From positions 1,504,001-1,568,000 of the forward strand of contig OZ219753.1 in NCBI GenBank assembly GCA_964291315.2: 64,000 nucleotides of DNA, read 5' to 3'. The position numbers and the translations under genes are program-made. Shown one piece after another: positions 8,704-20,157 of the stretch (within the stretch, counting starts at the first letter, position 1; each line of letters starts with the position of its first letter). The notes beneath the pieces were generated by a model. That model was not told where the DNA came from. It did not search any database and saw nothing but the letters and a program-made list of their open reading frames with translations. The stretch is from Candidatus Poribacteria bacterium. GTDB lineage: Bacteria > Poribacteria > WGA-4E > WGA-3G.

Positions 8704-11402
8704 GGTAAAATCTCCTGTTGCGTGTTTTCCGAGGCTTTTGCGACTTCGCGCTGAATGGTGGCTTTGTCCGCAAGCCAGCCGTCAAGCCATTGCCGTTCCT
8801 GATTGTCGCTCGGCAGCGCGTCTCTTATTTCGTTAGCTATCTCCCATATCAGCTCGTTGAGGCCGACATTCCGTTTCGAAAGACACTGGATCATTTCAGA
8901 GCGGTTGCTAGATGACCAGAACAGCAGGGCACGGTGCAGAATATCTATCAACTCTTCACTGCCGGAGAGGTCAGTGTCCCTTCGATCCTGAGGCCCTAGG
9001 ACCCGCACCTTTGTTTTTTCTTGCTGGATAAAACCCTCTGCACCCCACACTTCGGTTAGCTCAATGCCGAGGGAGAAAGCGAGCTTACGGGCATCGTTAA
9101 ACAGTACTGCCTCTGCACCGTGTTGCCGCCGCCATCGGAGGTAAAAACGCATGAGATGCGTGCCTGCCACACCAAATCGATCGTCTTCGAACCGCCAGAG
9201 TATCTCCCGGATGTCAGCGATCATTTTATCGGCACGCACGATGTTGTCGTCCTTGTCGAGCACCTGTTGATAGGCGGCGAACACCTCAATGCCGATGCCG
9301 ATCGCAGCGATGAACAGATCGACCCCAGAGAACCCCCACTCCCACAAGCTAAAGAGTCTCTCTTGCAGGTAGTTCTCCATTTCCGTTTTAACGTCCTGAT
9401 AGAGTCCAAAGGGTTTCCGGTCTCTCTTGCGGGCGACCATATAGATAGAGGAGGAAAGAGCCGCAGAACCTTGTGCTCGGAGCCGAGAGGTCAGCTCTGT
9501 ATCTATGGGCCATGCGGCTGTGATGACAAGTTCGGAGTCCAAGAGGGCGTTAATCAAGGCCTCCCAGCCCGCTGTGGATTTGTGGGCGTAGACAATAACA
9601 GCGATGCCGTCCGTTTTTAGCACGCGATGCATCTCCCGAAACGCCTGCGCGAGGCCGGCTTCAAACGTCTGCTTTCCTGCCTTCAAGCCGCCTGGGCGAT
9701 GTCCGTAAGCCACGATCTCGCCCTCCTTCGGTGTCAAGGAGGTTTTAAAGAGCTCGGGGTAATGTGCGCCGATGCTCCGCTTCAGCCACACATAGAAAAT
9801 ATCGGAGAGATAGGCGTACGCAGCGTTGTCGTAATAGGGAGGATCGGTGAGAACGGCATCGAAGGTGTTGTCCGGATAGGGGAGGCTCTGGGCGGCTGCC
9901 TGTCTCACAGTGGCCACAGGCTCCCTGTCCATCTGGCAGAGATGCTCCATCGGCTTGAGAAGGGTTTCTAATCGGTTTGCCCCGACACGAAACGGGTTCG
10001 CCTCTCCGTAATCCCAGACCATCGGCAACGTTGCCATTGAGAAAATATTCTCGGCAGATTCATGTGTGTTCACCCATGGACAGAGGTTAGAACCTGTATC
10101 AGCGATGCGATCCAACCAGAGGGCTAAGTAGGTACAGACCGCTTTGGCGTATTCAGGGTCATAGTTCTCACGCGCTTGCATTTCTGCAGCGGCGCCGCGA
10201 ATCTTCTCCGTTAGGGTGACGAGGGTGAGTTGCTGCCGGGCATTGAACAGATCACCATAGGTCTTCAGGTTGTAGTTGTAAATGGAAATTCCGCGTTCTG
10301 CTCCTGAACCTTTTAAGTTAGGCGTTGGTTCATCAGGAACCGGGTCAATGCCCCACGCGGCTCTAAGACGTTCGCGGTTTTCCGCAAGTCGTTCTTCTGC
10401 CCTCTTGAAAATCGCGATATCTTCCGCTGTCGGGAGCCGATACGCTCTGTCTGTCCGTTTTAGGTTCTGTGTTACCACCGCCAGCATCCGCTCACCAGAG
10501 AGCCCTTCTTGAAAGAGGCGGCGCGTCTGCTCCGCAGCGATGCGGTTCTGGCAGATCGGACACGTAACAATGGCACGGGAGATCGTGCCCTTCTTAGGCT
10601 CAAAGCTGTCCGGCTCTTCCGCGTGCCCTGTGCCGACAATACGGAAACCGATCTGTCCCTCGGCATCACAGGGGAAAAGCGCTATCTTCTTCTCTTTATC
10701 TTTCTTCTTTTTATTTTCCTTTTGTGCCAGCCAGAATTGACGTATGAGCGGAATAACCGCATTGCAATGAAGGTTTTGACACGGTAGCGTGCGCGCCCAA
10801 ATATAGGTGTAGACCTCCGAGCCGTCCGGTTCTTTCGGATAGAAAGCAGCGAGCTCCGCGGTTATCTCCGCGAGAATACGCTCTCCCCACCTTTTGACAT
10901 CGTCGTAAAGGCGCTGTCCATATCTTTGCGGGTATTCGAGGGTGCACTTCTGGATTAAGACAGAGACGGGGTTGAGGTCAGCGGCGTGCGTTTCGCAGCC
11001 GAGCCGTTGAGCCTCTAAAGGAATGGTGCCTCGTCCGCCGAAGGGGTCTAGGATTTTAGGGGGTTTTCCGTTGTGAGACCGTAGGATATCTTCTCTCGCC
11101 TGTTGGATCCAGAGCGGCTTGAGAGCGTTCTCCCATTTGGCGAGTTCTGCGATGAAATTGTGTTTAGGGGGGAGTAGGAGTGCATGGGTAGAGGTGTTTT
11201 TATGCTTATCATCAGCGAAGTGGGGGGGCAGAGGCGAATCCCCGCATACTAGTGCAGCATAAGCCGTCGCACGCGATGGCCCCAGCGGACGACTCGCCCA
11301 ATATCTGTGCAGACCCGCGAGTTGGGATCTGCCTCGTCCCTCTTTGCTCACGGCTTCCACCGGAAATCCGACTTCAATGATACGTCTGTTGCTTTTCTTC
11401 AT
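8700..11402 (-). CDS. DUF1156 family adenine-specific DNA methylase with Zn ribbon
   Basis: LHRYWASRPL, motif I DPFGGRGTIP, YIWARTLPC..C and CPIC, motif IV TDPPYYD, YAHKS..GW. Confidence 0.9.
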   Translation of the reverse strand: MKKSNRRIIEVGFPVEAVSKEGRGRSQLAGLHRYWASRPLGPSRATAYAALVCGDSPLPPHFADDKHKNTSTHALLLPPKHNFIAELAKWENALKPLWIQQAREDILRSHNGKPPKILDPFGGRGTIPLEAQRLGCETHAADLNPVSVLIQKCTLEYPQRYGQRLYDDVKRWGERILAEITAELAAFYPKEPDGSEVYTYIWARTLPCQNLHCNAVIPLIRQFWLAQKENKKKKDKEKKIALFPCDAEGQIGFRIVGTGHAEEPDSFEPKKGTISRAIVTCPICQNRIAAEQTRRLFQEGLSGERMLAVVTQNLKRTDRAYRLPTAEDIAIFKRAEERLAENRERLRAAWGIDPVPDEPTPNLKGSGAERGISIYNYNLKTYGDLFNARQQLTLVTLTEKIRGAAAEMQARENYDPEYAKAVCTYLALWLDRIADTGSNLCPWVNTHESAENIFSMATLPMVWDYGEANPFRVGANRLETLLKPMEHLCQMDREPVATVRQAAAQSLPYPDNTFDAVLTDPPYYDNAAYAYLSDIFYVWLKRSIGAHYPELFKTSLTPKEGEIVAYGHRPGGLKAGKQTFEAGLAQAFREMHRVLKTDGIAVIVYAHKSTAGWEALINALLDSELVITAAWPIDTELTSRLRAQGSAALSSSIYMVARKRDRKPFGLYQDVKTEMENYLQERLFSLWEWGFSGVDLFIAAIGIGIEVFAAYQQVLDKDDNIVRADKMIADIREILWRFEDDRFGVAGTHLMRFYLRWRRQHGAEAVLFNDARKLAFSLGIELTEVWGAEGFIQQEKTKVRVLGPQDRRDTDLSGSEELIDILHRALLFWSSSNRSEMIQCLSKRNVGLNELIWEIANEIRDALPSDNQERQWLDGWLADKATIQREVAKASENTQQEILP

Positions 11403-11506
11403 ATGTTCACCTGTGTTTATAAAGTGATTACGTCGCTAACCCTGTTTTCAAACTCACGTTATAATAACTATAGAAAATAGTTTATTAGAACCGGTGGTAA
11501 ACGTTG

Positions 11507-11734
11507 TTAGCGTTCAAGTTTTATGTGGTGACAATCAAATTCAACGAGTCTAATCACGCCGGGTTCGTTGTCGTACACCACACCGATGGAAGCGATAGTT
11601 TCTCCGGATCCTAAGAGACTCTCGAATTCGGAGATGTCACGGATTTCGCCATGATTTCCATCCACTGTGATCCTGTCCCCAACTTTCCAGTCTTTCACCT
11701 GTTGAAAGGGGATGTAATTTGCTGTATGATCCAT
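11507..11734 (-). CDS. Small hypothetical protein (75 aa, SH3/KOW/Tudor-like beta pattern)
   Basis: GGAGG RBS just upstream; co-oriented between helicase and methylase; WKVGDRITVDG..GEI. Confidence 0.6.
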   Translation of the reverse strand: MDHTANYIPFQQVKDWKVGDRITVDGNHGEIRDISEFESLLGSGETIASIGVVYDNEPGVIRLVEFDCHHIKLER

Positions 11735-11767
11735 TCGTTGGTCCTCCGTGCACAGAAAGAGCCGGAA

Positions 11768-14700
11768 CTACACGGCTTCCCCGTTTTTAACTATCTCTGA
11801 AAGCGGCACTTGATACCGAACCTCTGTGACCTGCTGAGCCCTTACCTCATTCGCCGGATCTTTGATAATATGGAGCTCGGGGTGTGTCGAGGCATTGAGT
11901 ACGACGTATAGAAAATAGTCGTCCTTGATTTGCTTTGCTTTAAACCACTCATTAGAGGTAAGAACGACGGGGGCGCGCTCTGATCGTGCCTTGACTTCGA
12001 TGCATCGGATTTTCCCATCGGGCGTTTTTGAACGTAGATCGAAACCGAGGTTTTCTGACGATACATCGTCAACAGTGCGCCCTTGCGCCTCTTCGTGACG
12101 GGTGGCGTATGCCATACCAAGCTGTTCAATCTCCAATCTATTGTGCGCGGGTGTTTCTACGCCCTCAGCAGCGGGCCGGACCCGAACTGCCCCGGCGAAA
12201 GTAGGCGGTTTTCTGGACAGCCTTACCTCTTGCTGGCAGGCGGTTTCCAATTTCGCTTTCTCCCGTTCATAATGCTCTTTCTGGTGTCGTTTGTTCTGCG
12301 TAACCAGTCTCACATCTTCGCCTCTTTCGGATCGCACCCCAAGTTCAAGCAATTCACCATCTAGTTTAATGATGAGTTTCTCCAGCGAGGCGATGCCGTA
12401 TTTTTTCTTAATATCTACCTGCCTTTCCCGTTCTTTTGTGAGTTCTTGTTTGTATTGATCCAAGTGGAGACGTGATGTTTCACCAATTTTGGCTTCCAAG
12501 GTTTTTATCTCGATCGGTTCTGCTGTGGCATCTGCATCTGCTTCTTGGAGGTCCCAGAGGACCACGGGGTTGATCGGTTCCACAGCTTCAGAGTTCTCGG
12601 GCAGATAAAAGGCGAACAATTGTCTGCCGACAACTGTATCTGTGCCATCTTGAATTTCACCTTCATAGAACACAATAATCCCATTGAGTTTGGCATCCGG
12701 GTCTTCAAAACAGGCACCGGCTTTAAGGTCTTGGGCGTATTCTTGCTCCACATAGCGAAGGGTTGCTTCAAAAAGTGGATGCCCAAAAGAGATAAACTCA
12801 ACCGATGAATCTTGGGCTGCATGGGCCTTATCAAACGTCACTTTTGCGTAATTTTTCCTAAGGGTACTGCCCGGATGCATCTGTCGGAATTCGTCGTCTT
12901 GAATAGTTCTGGTAATTTGACTCGGGATACGAGGAATACTAAAACTTTTATCTCTACGTTGGTGGAGTTCTATGTCATGGAGGTTTAAGGTTTTACGGAA
13001 GAACTCACGTGTGTATTCCGGAATGAGTCCTTGTTCACGAGCTTCTTGCTGAAGTTTACTCACCTGTGGCAGGTTAATATAGTGTGAAACGAGCGTATCT
13101 TCGTTAAATTTCTGGAAACGTTTAAGTTGAGATGAGTTAAACGGGGCTTCAAATTCTTTAAGTAGTTGGTTGTGGTCGCGCGTGCTTGCGGCGGCCTCTA
13201 GCAGGAGCTGTGCGAGATTTTGCTTCGGGAAAAGTTCACCGATGACATCGTAGACGCTATCCTTTCCTAGTTCGTTTCGAATGGTATCCAGCTTCTCAAA
13301 AAGGCGGGTAAAAACCGCACCTTCCCGCGTGTCGGAGGCGACAAGGTTGATAACATGTGCCTCCTTTTTCTGTCCGTAGCGGTGAATTCTACCCATTCGC
13401 TGCTCCAGCCGATTCGGGTTCCACGGTAAATCGTAGTTAATCATTAGGTGACAGAATTGAAGGTTAATGCCTTCGCCTGCGGCCTCTGTCGCGATGAGAA
13501 TCTGTGTTTCGTTTTGGAACGTTTGCTGTGCCTCTACCCGCTTTTCATGCGGCATTTTTCCATCAATGACAGATACCGAAAAACCCCACTCCTTCACTTT
13601 CTGCTGCAAGTAGTTTAACGTATCGAAGTACTCGGTAAAGATGAGGATCTTTTGATTCGGATGTTGAACATTGAGCTCATCAAGTGCTTCTTTGAGAGCT
13701 TGTAATTTAATTTCCCCTTTGTTTTGAATAATACTTTCGGCTTTTTGCTCAAGGTGTTTAAGGGTTTGAATTTCATTCGCCAACTCTTCCCTATTTTCAG
13801 CGACGGAGAGCACCTCCCACTGTTCTTCGAGCTCCCAACGCTCGACCTCACTGAGGTCTTCTATGTCGTCTCGCTGTGCCTCGGTGGGGATAGTATCGGC
13901 CTCGGGCGTAGTGTTGTCAAGTAATACCTGCAGCCGTTTTTGTCGACGTTGGAGAGAAACATGGAGGGCGCGGGTGCTAGATGCAAGCCGCCGTTGCAAG
14001 ATAACGAGAGCAAATGCGACATTGTTCCGTTTCTGTGAGTTTTCGGAGAATCGGTTGTATTGCTCACGAATGTACTCAGAAAGCTCGTTATAGAGCTCCA
14101 TCTCGCTTTCGGATTCGCTGCCGAGATGGAACGTTTTTGTTTGAACATGGCGCGGTAAGAAGAGAGCTTTTCCTTCAAAGTCTTTTAGGTCTTCCTTGAC
14201 GCGGCGAATCAGGAGCGGGTTATCCTTCTTTTGAATGGATTCCTCAATTTGAGCGGGCTCCGCGAAAAAACCGGGTTCAAGCAGGTCGAGGAAGAGGCGG
14301 AAATTCTCAGAGTCGCCCCGATGCGGGGTAGCCGTGAGGAATAGAAGGTGCGTTGTACAGCGAGAGAGGCATTCCCCCAGTTGATACCGCTTGGTCTTCT
14401 CAACCTTGTCACCATATTGGTAGGCAGCCATTTTGTGTGCCTCATCCACAATAATTAGATCAAAGTGGGTATGAGCGATAGCCCCGCGAATATCGTCCTG
14501 ACGCGCAAAATCTATAGAGGTTATCAACTGCTGCTCGCGCTGCCAGACGTTTTCAGACGCATGCGCATTAACAAAAGCACGGGTGACATGCGTGAAATTC
14601 TCTTCAAATCGCGTCTTCATCTCTTCTGTCCATTGCGTGATTAAGTGTCCCGGGGCAACAATAAGGATACGTTTCGCCTGGTTGCGGAGCTTTAGCTCTT

Positions 14701-15121
14701 TTGCGATCAGGCCCGCCATAATTGTTTTACCTGCTCCTGGGTCATCCGCGATCAGGAAGCGAATCCGCGGTTGCTTGAGTACTTGCCATACGGCTTCAAT
14801 CTGGTGCGGCAACGGATCGACCTTAGAGATGCTAATCGCAAAGGTCGGGTTGTAGAGTGCAGCGTACTGATAACGTTTTGCTTCGAGGTGAAGAAACGCG
14901 CGCCGCGCATTGCCGATAAAATTTAGTTGTGATTGAACAATTTGCAGCGTCTCCGCCTCCGCCGGGGTGAGCTCTTGGTTGATTGGCTGTTTGGAATTGA
15001 TCAACGTTCCGACAATATGTATGTCCCCGTTGGATCTTGGTTGATAGGCGTGAACATGAACGGGCTCGGGCCACAAGGAAGAAGATTCAACGATTGAGTC
15101 GTAGGTAATATTTTGTCTCAT
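11768..15121 (-). CDS. SNF2-family helicase with C-terminal DUF3883 (PD-(D/E)XK) nuclease domain
   Basis: [49 protein letters not shown]; C-terminal GFDLRS..IEVK. Start is 15121 (ATGA overlap with copA stop) or 15133. Confidence 0.9.
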   Translation of the reverse strand: MRQNITYDSIVESSSLWPEPVHVHAYQPRSNGDIHIVGTLINSKQPINQELTPAEAETLQIVQSQLNFIGNARRAFLHLEAKRYQYAALYNPTFAISISKVDPLPHQIEAVWQVLKQPRIRFLIADDPGAGKTIMAGLIAKELKLRNQAKRILIVAPGHLITQWTEEMKTRFEENFTHVTRAFVNAHASENVWQREQQLITSIDFARQDDIRGAIAHTHFDLIIVDEAHKMAAYQYGDKVEKTKRYQLGECLSRCTTHLLFLTATPHRGDSENFRLFLDLLEPGFFAEPAQIEESIQKKDNPLLIRRVKEDLKDFEGKALFLPRHVQTKTFHLGSESESEMELYNELSEYIREQYNRFSENSQKRNNVAFALVILQRRLASSTRALHVSLQRRQKRLQVLLDNTTPEADTIPTEAQRDDIEDLSEVERWELEEQWEVLSVAENREELANEIQTLKHLEQKAESIIQNKGEIKLQALKEALDELNVQHPNQKILIFTEYFDTLNYLQQKVKEWGFSVSVIDGKMPHEKRVEAQQTFQNETQILIATEAAGEGINLQFCHLMINYDLPWNPNRLEQRMGRIHRYGQKKEAHVINLVASDTREGAVFTRLFEKLDTIRNELGKDSVYDVIGELFPKQNLAQLLLEAAASTRDHNQLLKEFEAPFNSSQLKRFQKFNEDTLVSHYINLPQVSKLQQEAREQGLIPEYTREFFRKTLNLHDIELHQRRDKSFSIPRIPSQITRTIQDDEFRQMHPGSTLRKNYAKVTFDKAHAAQDSSVEFISFGHPLFEATLRYVEQEYAQDLKAGACFEDPDAKLNGIIVFYEGEIQDGTDTVVGRQLFAFYLPENSEAVEPINPVVLWDLQEADADATAEPIEIKTLEAKIGETSRLHLDQYKQELTKERERQVDIKKKYGIASLEKLIIKLDGELLELGVRSERGEDVRLVTQNKRHQKEHYEREKAKLETACQQEVRLSRKPPTFAGAVRVRPAAEGVETPAHNRLEIEQLGMAYATRHEEAQGRTVDDVSSENLGFDLRSKTPDGKIRCIEVKARSERAPVVLTSNEWFKAKQIKDDYFLYVVLNASTHPELHIIKDPANEVRAQQVTEVRYQVPLSEIVKNGEAV

Positions 15122-17343
15122 AATTTCCGCCATTGTAGGCGTAGGCTATTTAGCACAACAGATACGCTGCTAAATGCCATAGCGAATGCTGCCAGCATCG
15201 GGTGAAGCTCCCGTAGCATAGCCGGCACGAAAGAGAGCGGGTACAGCGCGCCGGCCGCGATAGGAATTAAAAGGACGTTGTAGAAAAAGGCCCAGAAAAG
15301 GTTCTGTTTGATCGTTTGCATCGTGGCGCGGCTCAGCCGGATTGCCTCGGGAAGTGCACGCAAATCGCTGTGCATCAGCGTCACATGTGCCGTCTCCCGG
15401 GCAATATCAGTGCCTGTGCCGAGCGCTATCCCGATATCGGCTTGTGCCAATGCGGGGGTGTCATTGATACCATCGCCTACCATCGCGACGCTGCTTCTGT
15501 TTTCTGTTTGTAAAGTTTTAACGGCGTGCGCTTTGTCCTCAGGCAGGAGCTCCGCCCTGACATCGCTAATCCCCGCGGCTGCTGCAATCGCATGCGCGGT
15601 GCTGCGATTATCGCCTGTCATCATTATAACTTCACACCCGAGTTTATGGAGGTCAGCGACGGTCGCTTGTGCTTCGGGCCGCAAAGTATCTGCAACCGCG
15701 AGGAGCCCCTTAATCTGTCCATCAACCGCAACCCACAAGACCGTTTTTGCCTCGGTTTGTAGACGTTCCGCCTCTGTTTCAAACATTCGAGTCCGGATGT
15801 TGTGTTGTTGAATCAGAGACAGGTTGCCAATCACGACCCTGTTTTCACCCACTTGTGCGGTGATACCGTGTCCTGTGACTGCTTCAAACGCGCGGGGCGT
15901 AACGATGTTCAGTCCGCGTTCTTCGGCTGCTCGAACAACCGCTCTGCCAATCGGATGTTCACTGCCCCGCTCGGCGGCTGCTGCTAATTCGAGGAGTTCT
16001 GATTCGGCTTCGTCCGTGAGAATGTCCGTGAGCCTGAGTTTACCTTCTGTCAAGGTACCTGTTTTATCAAGGACGACAGTGGTTAAGGCTCCTGCGCGTT
16101 CAAGCGCCTCACCGTTTCGGAAGAGGATGCCGCGTTCTGCCCCGATGCCGGTTCCCATCATAATGGCAGTCGGCGTAGCAAGTCCCAGGGCGCAGGGGCA
16201 AGCGGAGACGAGAATGGCAACGAGGCGGAGCATTGCTGGGGTAAACCCTTCTCCGATCAGAAACCACCACACCAGAAACGTCAAAACCGCAATTCCGCTA
16301 ACGACAGGTACAAATACATTTGTAACTGCATCGGCGGCGCGTTGAATAGGAGGCTTGCTCTGTTGTGTTGTTTGTACCAATTGGACGAGGCGAGCGAGGG
16401 CTGTTTCAGTGCCGACATGTGTGGCTTCTATGGTGAGCATGCCGCTCTGGTTCATCGTCGCCGCGGTCACAGGATCCCCTGAGGTTTTGTCTACAGGTAG
16501 GCTTTCTCCGGTAAAGACGCTTTCATCGATGGCACTTTTACCACTGCACACCACGCCATCCACTGGAATGCTCTCGCCGGGACGTACAAGAAGGACATCT
16601 CCTACAACAACTTGTTCAATAGGAATGTGCTGTTCTTTGCCGTTATTTAAGCGACAAGCGGTCTTCGGGAAAAGTTTCGGGAGTTTTTTGAGGGCTGCGT
16701 TTATGTTTCCTTTGGCGCGCGCTTCAATCAGTTTCCCTAACTTAATCAATGTAATGATAACGGCGGCTGTCTCGAAGTAAACGTGGGTTCCCAAGCGCGT
16801 TCCGGTGTCTATGCCCAAAGCAATGGTTACAGCGAGACTATAAAGAAATGCCACGGAGGTGCCCATCGCAACAAGCACGTCCATGTTCGCGGATCGGTTA
16901 CGGAGTGCTTTAATACCGCCAACGTAGTAATCCCACCCGACATAGCCCTGCACCGGCAATGCTAAACCAAACATGAGCCAGTTAACCCATTGTGCCTGTG
17001 CCCAGTTTCCAAGCATCCCCATATCTCGCCCCATGCTGAGCAGAAAAAGGGGGAGGGTGAAGATGGCCCCGAGGGTGAATAGTTTTTTTTGTCGCTGGAA
17101 GTCTTCCGCGCGCGCTGCGTCTTCTGTTCCTTCATCGACAACGTCAAAGCCGAGGTCTCGGATCTTATCCACAACAGCGGCCTCATTGAGGATGTCCGTA
17201 TCGAAGGTGACGGCTGCATATTCGGTGGCGAGGCTGACTTCTGCGGCCAGGATGCCTTTCATCTTCTTGAGATGACGGGTGATAGTGGTTGAACAGTTCT
17301 CACAGTGCATTCCTGTGATGGGGAGGTTCACTTGACGTTCCAT
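15118..17343 (-). CDS. copA: Copper-translocating P1B-type ATPase
   Basis: HMA motif GMHCENC, TGES, CPC, DKTGT, SEHP, GDGIND, YN and MAFSS copper ligands. Confidence 0.9.
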   Translation of the reverse strand: MERQVNLPITGMHCENCSTTITRHLKKMKGILAAEVSLATEYAAVTFDTDILNEAAVVDKIRDLGFDVVDEGTEDAARAEDFQRQKKLFTLGAIFTLPLFLLSMGRDMGMLGNWAQAQWVNWLMFGLALPVQGYVGWDYYVGGIKALRNRSANMDVLVAMGTSVAFLYSLAVTIALGIDTGTRLGTHVYFETAAVIITLIKLGKLIEARAKGNINAALKKLPKLFPKTACRLNNGKEQHIPIEQVVVGDVLLVRPGESIPVDGVVCSGKSAIDESVFTGESLPVDKTSGDPVTAATMNQSGMLTIEATHVGTETALARLVQLVQTTQQSKPPIQRAADAVTNVFVPVVSGIAVLTFLVWWFLIGEGFTPAMLRLVAILVSACPCALGLATPTAIMMGTGIGAERGILFRNGEALERAGALTTVVLDKTGTLTEGKLRLTDILTDEAESELLELAAAAERGSEHPIGRAVVRAAEERGLNIVTPRAFEAVTGHGITAQVGENRVVIGNLSLIQQHNIRTRMFETEAERLQTEAKTVLWVAVDGQIKGLLAVADTLRPEAQATVADLHKLGCEVIMMTGDNRSTAHAIAAAAGISDVRAELLPEDKAHAVKTLQTENRSSVAMVGDGINDTPALAQADIGIALGTGTDIARETAHVTLMHSDLRALPEAIRLSRATMQTIKQNLFWAFFYNVLLIPIAAGALYPLSFVPAMLRELHPMLAAFAMAFSSVSVVLNSLRLQWRKL

Positions 17344-17403
17344 TGTATACGTTCACCCCTTGTAAAAAAGTAACGAAGCGCCTTGTCAGGTTTGGTTTGA
17401 TCG

Positions 17404-17455
17404 GAAGGATGGAAGGCAGAAAACAGTGAGGCATCTACAATTCTTCCATCCTTCC
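17404..17455. repeat. Intergenic inverted repeat
   Basis: GGAAGGATGGAAG ... CTTCCATCCTTCC, perfect 13-bp arms. Confidence 0.6.
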
Positions 17456-17479
17456 ACGTTTTGATAAGACTCTTTACTG

Positions 17480-18448
17480 CTATATGAGGTGCACAGGTAA
17501 CCCTGTTTCAAGAGATTCGTTGGCGGCGATGGATAAAATAGCGGTTTTAGCAGCGTCCGAGTAGGGCGAACGGATCGCGCTGCCATCCCCTGTACGAACT
17601 GCCTCAATGAAGGTGCTATCCATGTCAATCGTGCAATTATTTTCTGGCTTCCAAGTAGTTGTTCCGTCGGCGGTAGAGAGCACGAGGGCGTTGCGGAGGT
17701 GGTACTCCAGCGAACCGTCTTCGCAAAAGATGTCTAGCCCGGAGCGCCGCATTCCATTTTTTGTGAAGCAGGCGGAGAACATAACACCGAAAACACCGCT
17801 CTCAAATTGTAAAGAGACCGCTGATGCTTCTTCGATATCGTAGTCGGTGTCCGGAATCAGATCGTAACGGGCGACGGCATAGAGAGACTTAACTTCCCCG
17901 AAAAGGTAGCGCGCCATATCGAATTCGTGTGTGGTCTGCTCCATGAGTTGTCCGCCCGACTTTGCTTTTTCACGCCACCAGCCGCCGGGCATCCCGCCCA
18001 TCCAGTAGCCCATGAAGAATCCGACACGACGCGACGCTAGAAGCTCGCGCGCTCTGTCTATAATATCAAGGTAACGTTCCTGATATCCGGCAGCGGTGAT
18101 AATCCCTCTTTCTTCAATTTGCGCCGCAATATCCTTAGCTTCATCGGGGTCCATGTGTACCGGTTTTTCAACAAACATGGGTAAGCCAGCATCTATAACG
18201 GCACGTTCAGGAGCTCCGTGGGCAAACGGGGGGATTGAAATGTAAACGGCATCTAATTCCTCGCGCGCAAGCATCTGGTTATAGTCTGCATAGGCCTTAC
18301 CGCCATATTTGGTTACGGCCTGTTCAGCCTTTTCAAGCACAATATCACAAAAAGCGACAAATTGTGAGCCACCAATTTCGGTTAATTCGCGTAGGTGGCG
18401 ATTCATGTTACCACCAGTGCCGATAAAACCTAACCTAACGTTTGACAT
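17480..18448 (-). CDS. Gfo/Idh/MocA family oxidoreductase
   Basis: LGFIGTGG, PPFAHG, MFVEKP, SGGQLMEQTTHEFD. Confidence 0.9.
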   Translation of the reverse strand: MSNVRLGFIGTGGNMNRHLRELTEIGGSQFVAFCDIVLEKAEQAVTKYGGKAYADYNQMLAREELDAVYISIPPFAHGAPERAVIDAGLPMFVEKPVHMDPDEAKDIAAQIEERGIITAAGYQERYLDIIDRARELLASRRVGFFMGYWMGGMPGGWWREKAKSGGQLMEQTTHEFDMARYLFGEVKSLYAVARYDLIPDTDYDIEEASAVSLQFESGVFGVMFSACFTKNGMRRSGLDIFCEDGSLEYHLRNALVLSTADGTTTWKPENNCTIDMDSTFIEAVRTGDGSAIRSPYSDAAKTAILSIAANESLETGLPVHLI

Positions 18449-18613
18449 CTTTTTATCCTTTAACTCGATATGCTTTCAGCAGTCAGAGAAACGGTTGTCA
18501 GCACACCCGCTGTGTAGGTTTTCAGTAAATTCGCGCAATACACAATCGTTACAAGAATTGACCCACAACCGAAAGCAAGGGCAATGTATTGATAACTGAC
18601 AGCTATTAAGCCG

Positions 18614-20050
18614 TTAAAAAACAGAGTTTTGTGCTGGAGTCAGCATGAGCGAGGGTAGAATACCGATGAGTAAGACCCCCGCCGCTGCGATGATTAATCC
18701 TATAACTAAGGTTGAGGCATACGGGCTGAACTCCAGCTCCGATTCAGGTTCGCGCATATACATTGTGACAACGACGCGTAGGTAGTAGAACGCCGAGATA
18801 GCGGTGTTAATCGCCCCAACAATAACCAGCCATATATGTCCCGCTTGGACTGCTGATTTGAAAATGTAGAATTTTCCGATAAAGCCTGCAGTCGGTGGGA
18901 ATCCTGCAAGTGATAAGAGCATGAGTGTCATAAACATAGCCAGTAACGGTTTGCGCATCCCGAGTCCGGCGTAATCCGAAATCATGAGACACTCGCCATC
19001 AGCAGTTTTTGCCAAGATAATCGCGCCGAATGCCCCGATATTCATTATGCAGTAGATGAGAAGATAGAGCATCGTACTGGAAATGCCATTCTCATTTGCT
19101 GCTGCTAAGCCTATTAGGATGTAGCCAGCGTGCGCTATACTCGAATACGCAAGCATCCGTTTGATATTTGTCTGCGCAATTGCAACGATATTTCCAAACG
19201 TCATTGTCAACATCGCCAGCAGAATGACAACCCCGCTCCATTCGACTTGCAGATTTGGTAACGCTTCCATGAAGATTCTGAGGAACGCCGCAAATCCGGC
19301 TGCCTTTGGTCCTGCGGAAATAAACGCAGCTATCGTTGTCGGTGCTCCTTCGTAAACGTCGGGTGCCGATTGATGAAACGGAACGATCGCAACCTTAAAT
19401 CCGAATCCAACGATAAGCAGGAACATACCTGCTAACAACATTGGTGATTTATTCGGGGCTGCAATTGCCTCCGCAATCATAGGCACGCTCGTTGTTCCAG
19501 TCCCGCCGTAGATCATGGCGATTCCGTAGAGGAAAAACGCGCTTGCAAAAGCGCCAAGCAGTAGGTATTTCATCCCCGCCTCGCTTGAGGCCGGGCTCTC
19601 TCGAAAATAGCCCGCCAAGACATAGAGCGATAACGACATCAATTCCAAGCCGAGGAAAACGATAATCAACTCGTTTCCGGCAGCCATCAGCATCATTCCG
19701 AGAGTCGCAAGCAGAATAAGTAGGTAATAGGGGCCCGCCTTTCTATTTTGACTCTGGAGATAGCTGATTGAGATCAGTGCGACTAAAATCGTTGAGACTA
19801 GGAAGATGATGTTAAAAAAGAGCGAAAAATTATCTACCTTGAACATTTCGTTGAATTGGTTACCAACTGTGCCTGCTTGATGCATGTTAATCGTAACCCA
19901 TAGGGCTATTGCAGCACCAACGATTGTCATCCAGCCTAGTAGCTGTTTGGAAATGGAGTCAAACAGATCAAAGACAAGGACGATAAGCAACGTTGAGGCG
20001 ATAACCAGCTCCGGCATCAGCAATTGCCAATTGATCACTATTGTCGTCAT
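18614..20050 (-). CDS. nuoN: NADH-quinone oxidoreductase subunit N
   Basis: LELMSL, EAGMKY, FKVAIVPFH, PDVYEGAP, KRMLAYSSIAHAG. Confidence 0.95.
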   Translation of the reverse strand: MTTIVINWQLLMPELVIASTLLIVLVFDLFDSISKQLLGWMTIVGAAIALWVTINMHQAGTVGNQFNEMFKVDNFSLFFNIIFLVSTILVALISISYLQSQNRKAGPYYLLILLATLGMMLMAAGNELIIVFLGLELMSLSLYVLAGYFRESPASSEAGMKYLLLGAFASAFFLYGIAMIYGGTGTTSVPMIAEAIAAPNKSPMLLAGMFLLIVGFGFKVAIVPFHQSAPDVYEGAPTTIAAFISAGPKAAGFAAFLRIFMEALPNLQVEWSGVVILLAMLTMTFGNIVAIAQTNIKRMLAYSSIAHAGYILIGLAAANENGISSTMLYLLIYCIMNIGAFGAIILAKTADGECLMISDYAGLGMRKPLLAMFMTLMLLSLAGFPPTAGFIGKFYIFKSAVQAGHIWLVIVGAINTAISAFYYLRVVVTMYMREPESELEFSPYASTLVIGLIIAAAGVLLIGILPSLMLTPAQNSVF

Positions 20051-20157
20051 TCAAAATCTCCTTTTGCTTGGCTATCGGTTATCTGCTATCCGTAAAGAGC
20101 AATCCGGAAGTAGTGAAGTTGTCCACCACTGTCACACACACCGAACGCCGACTGCCG

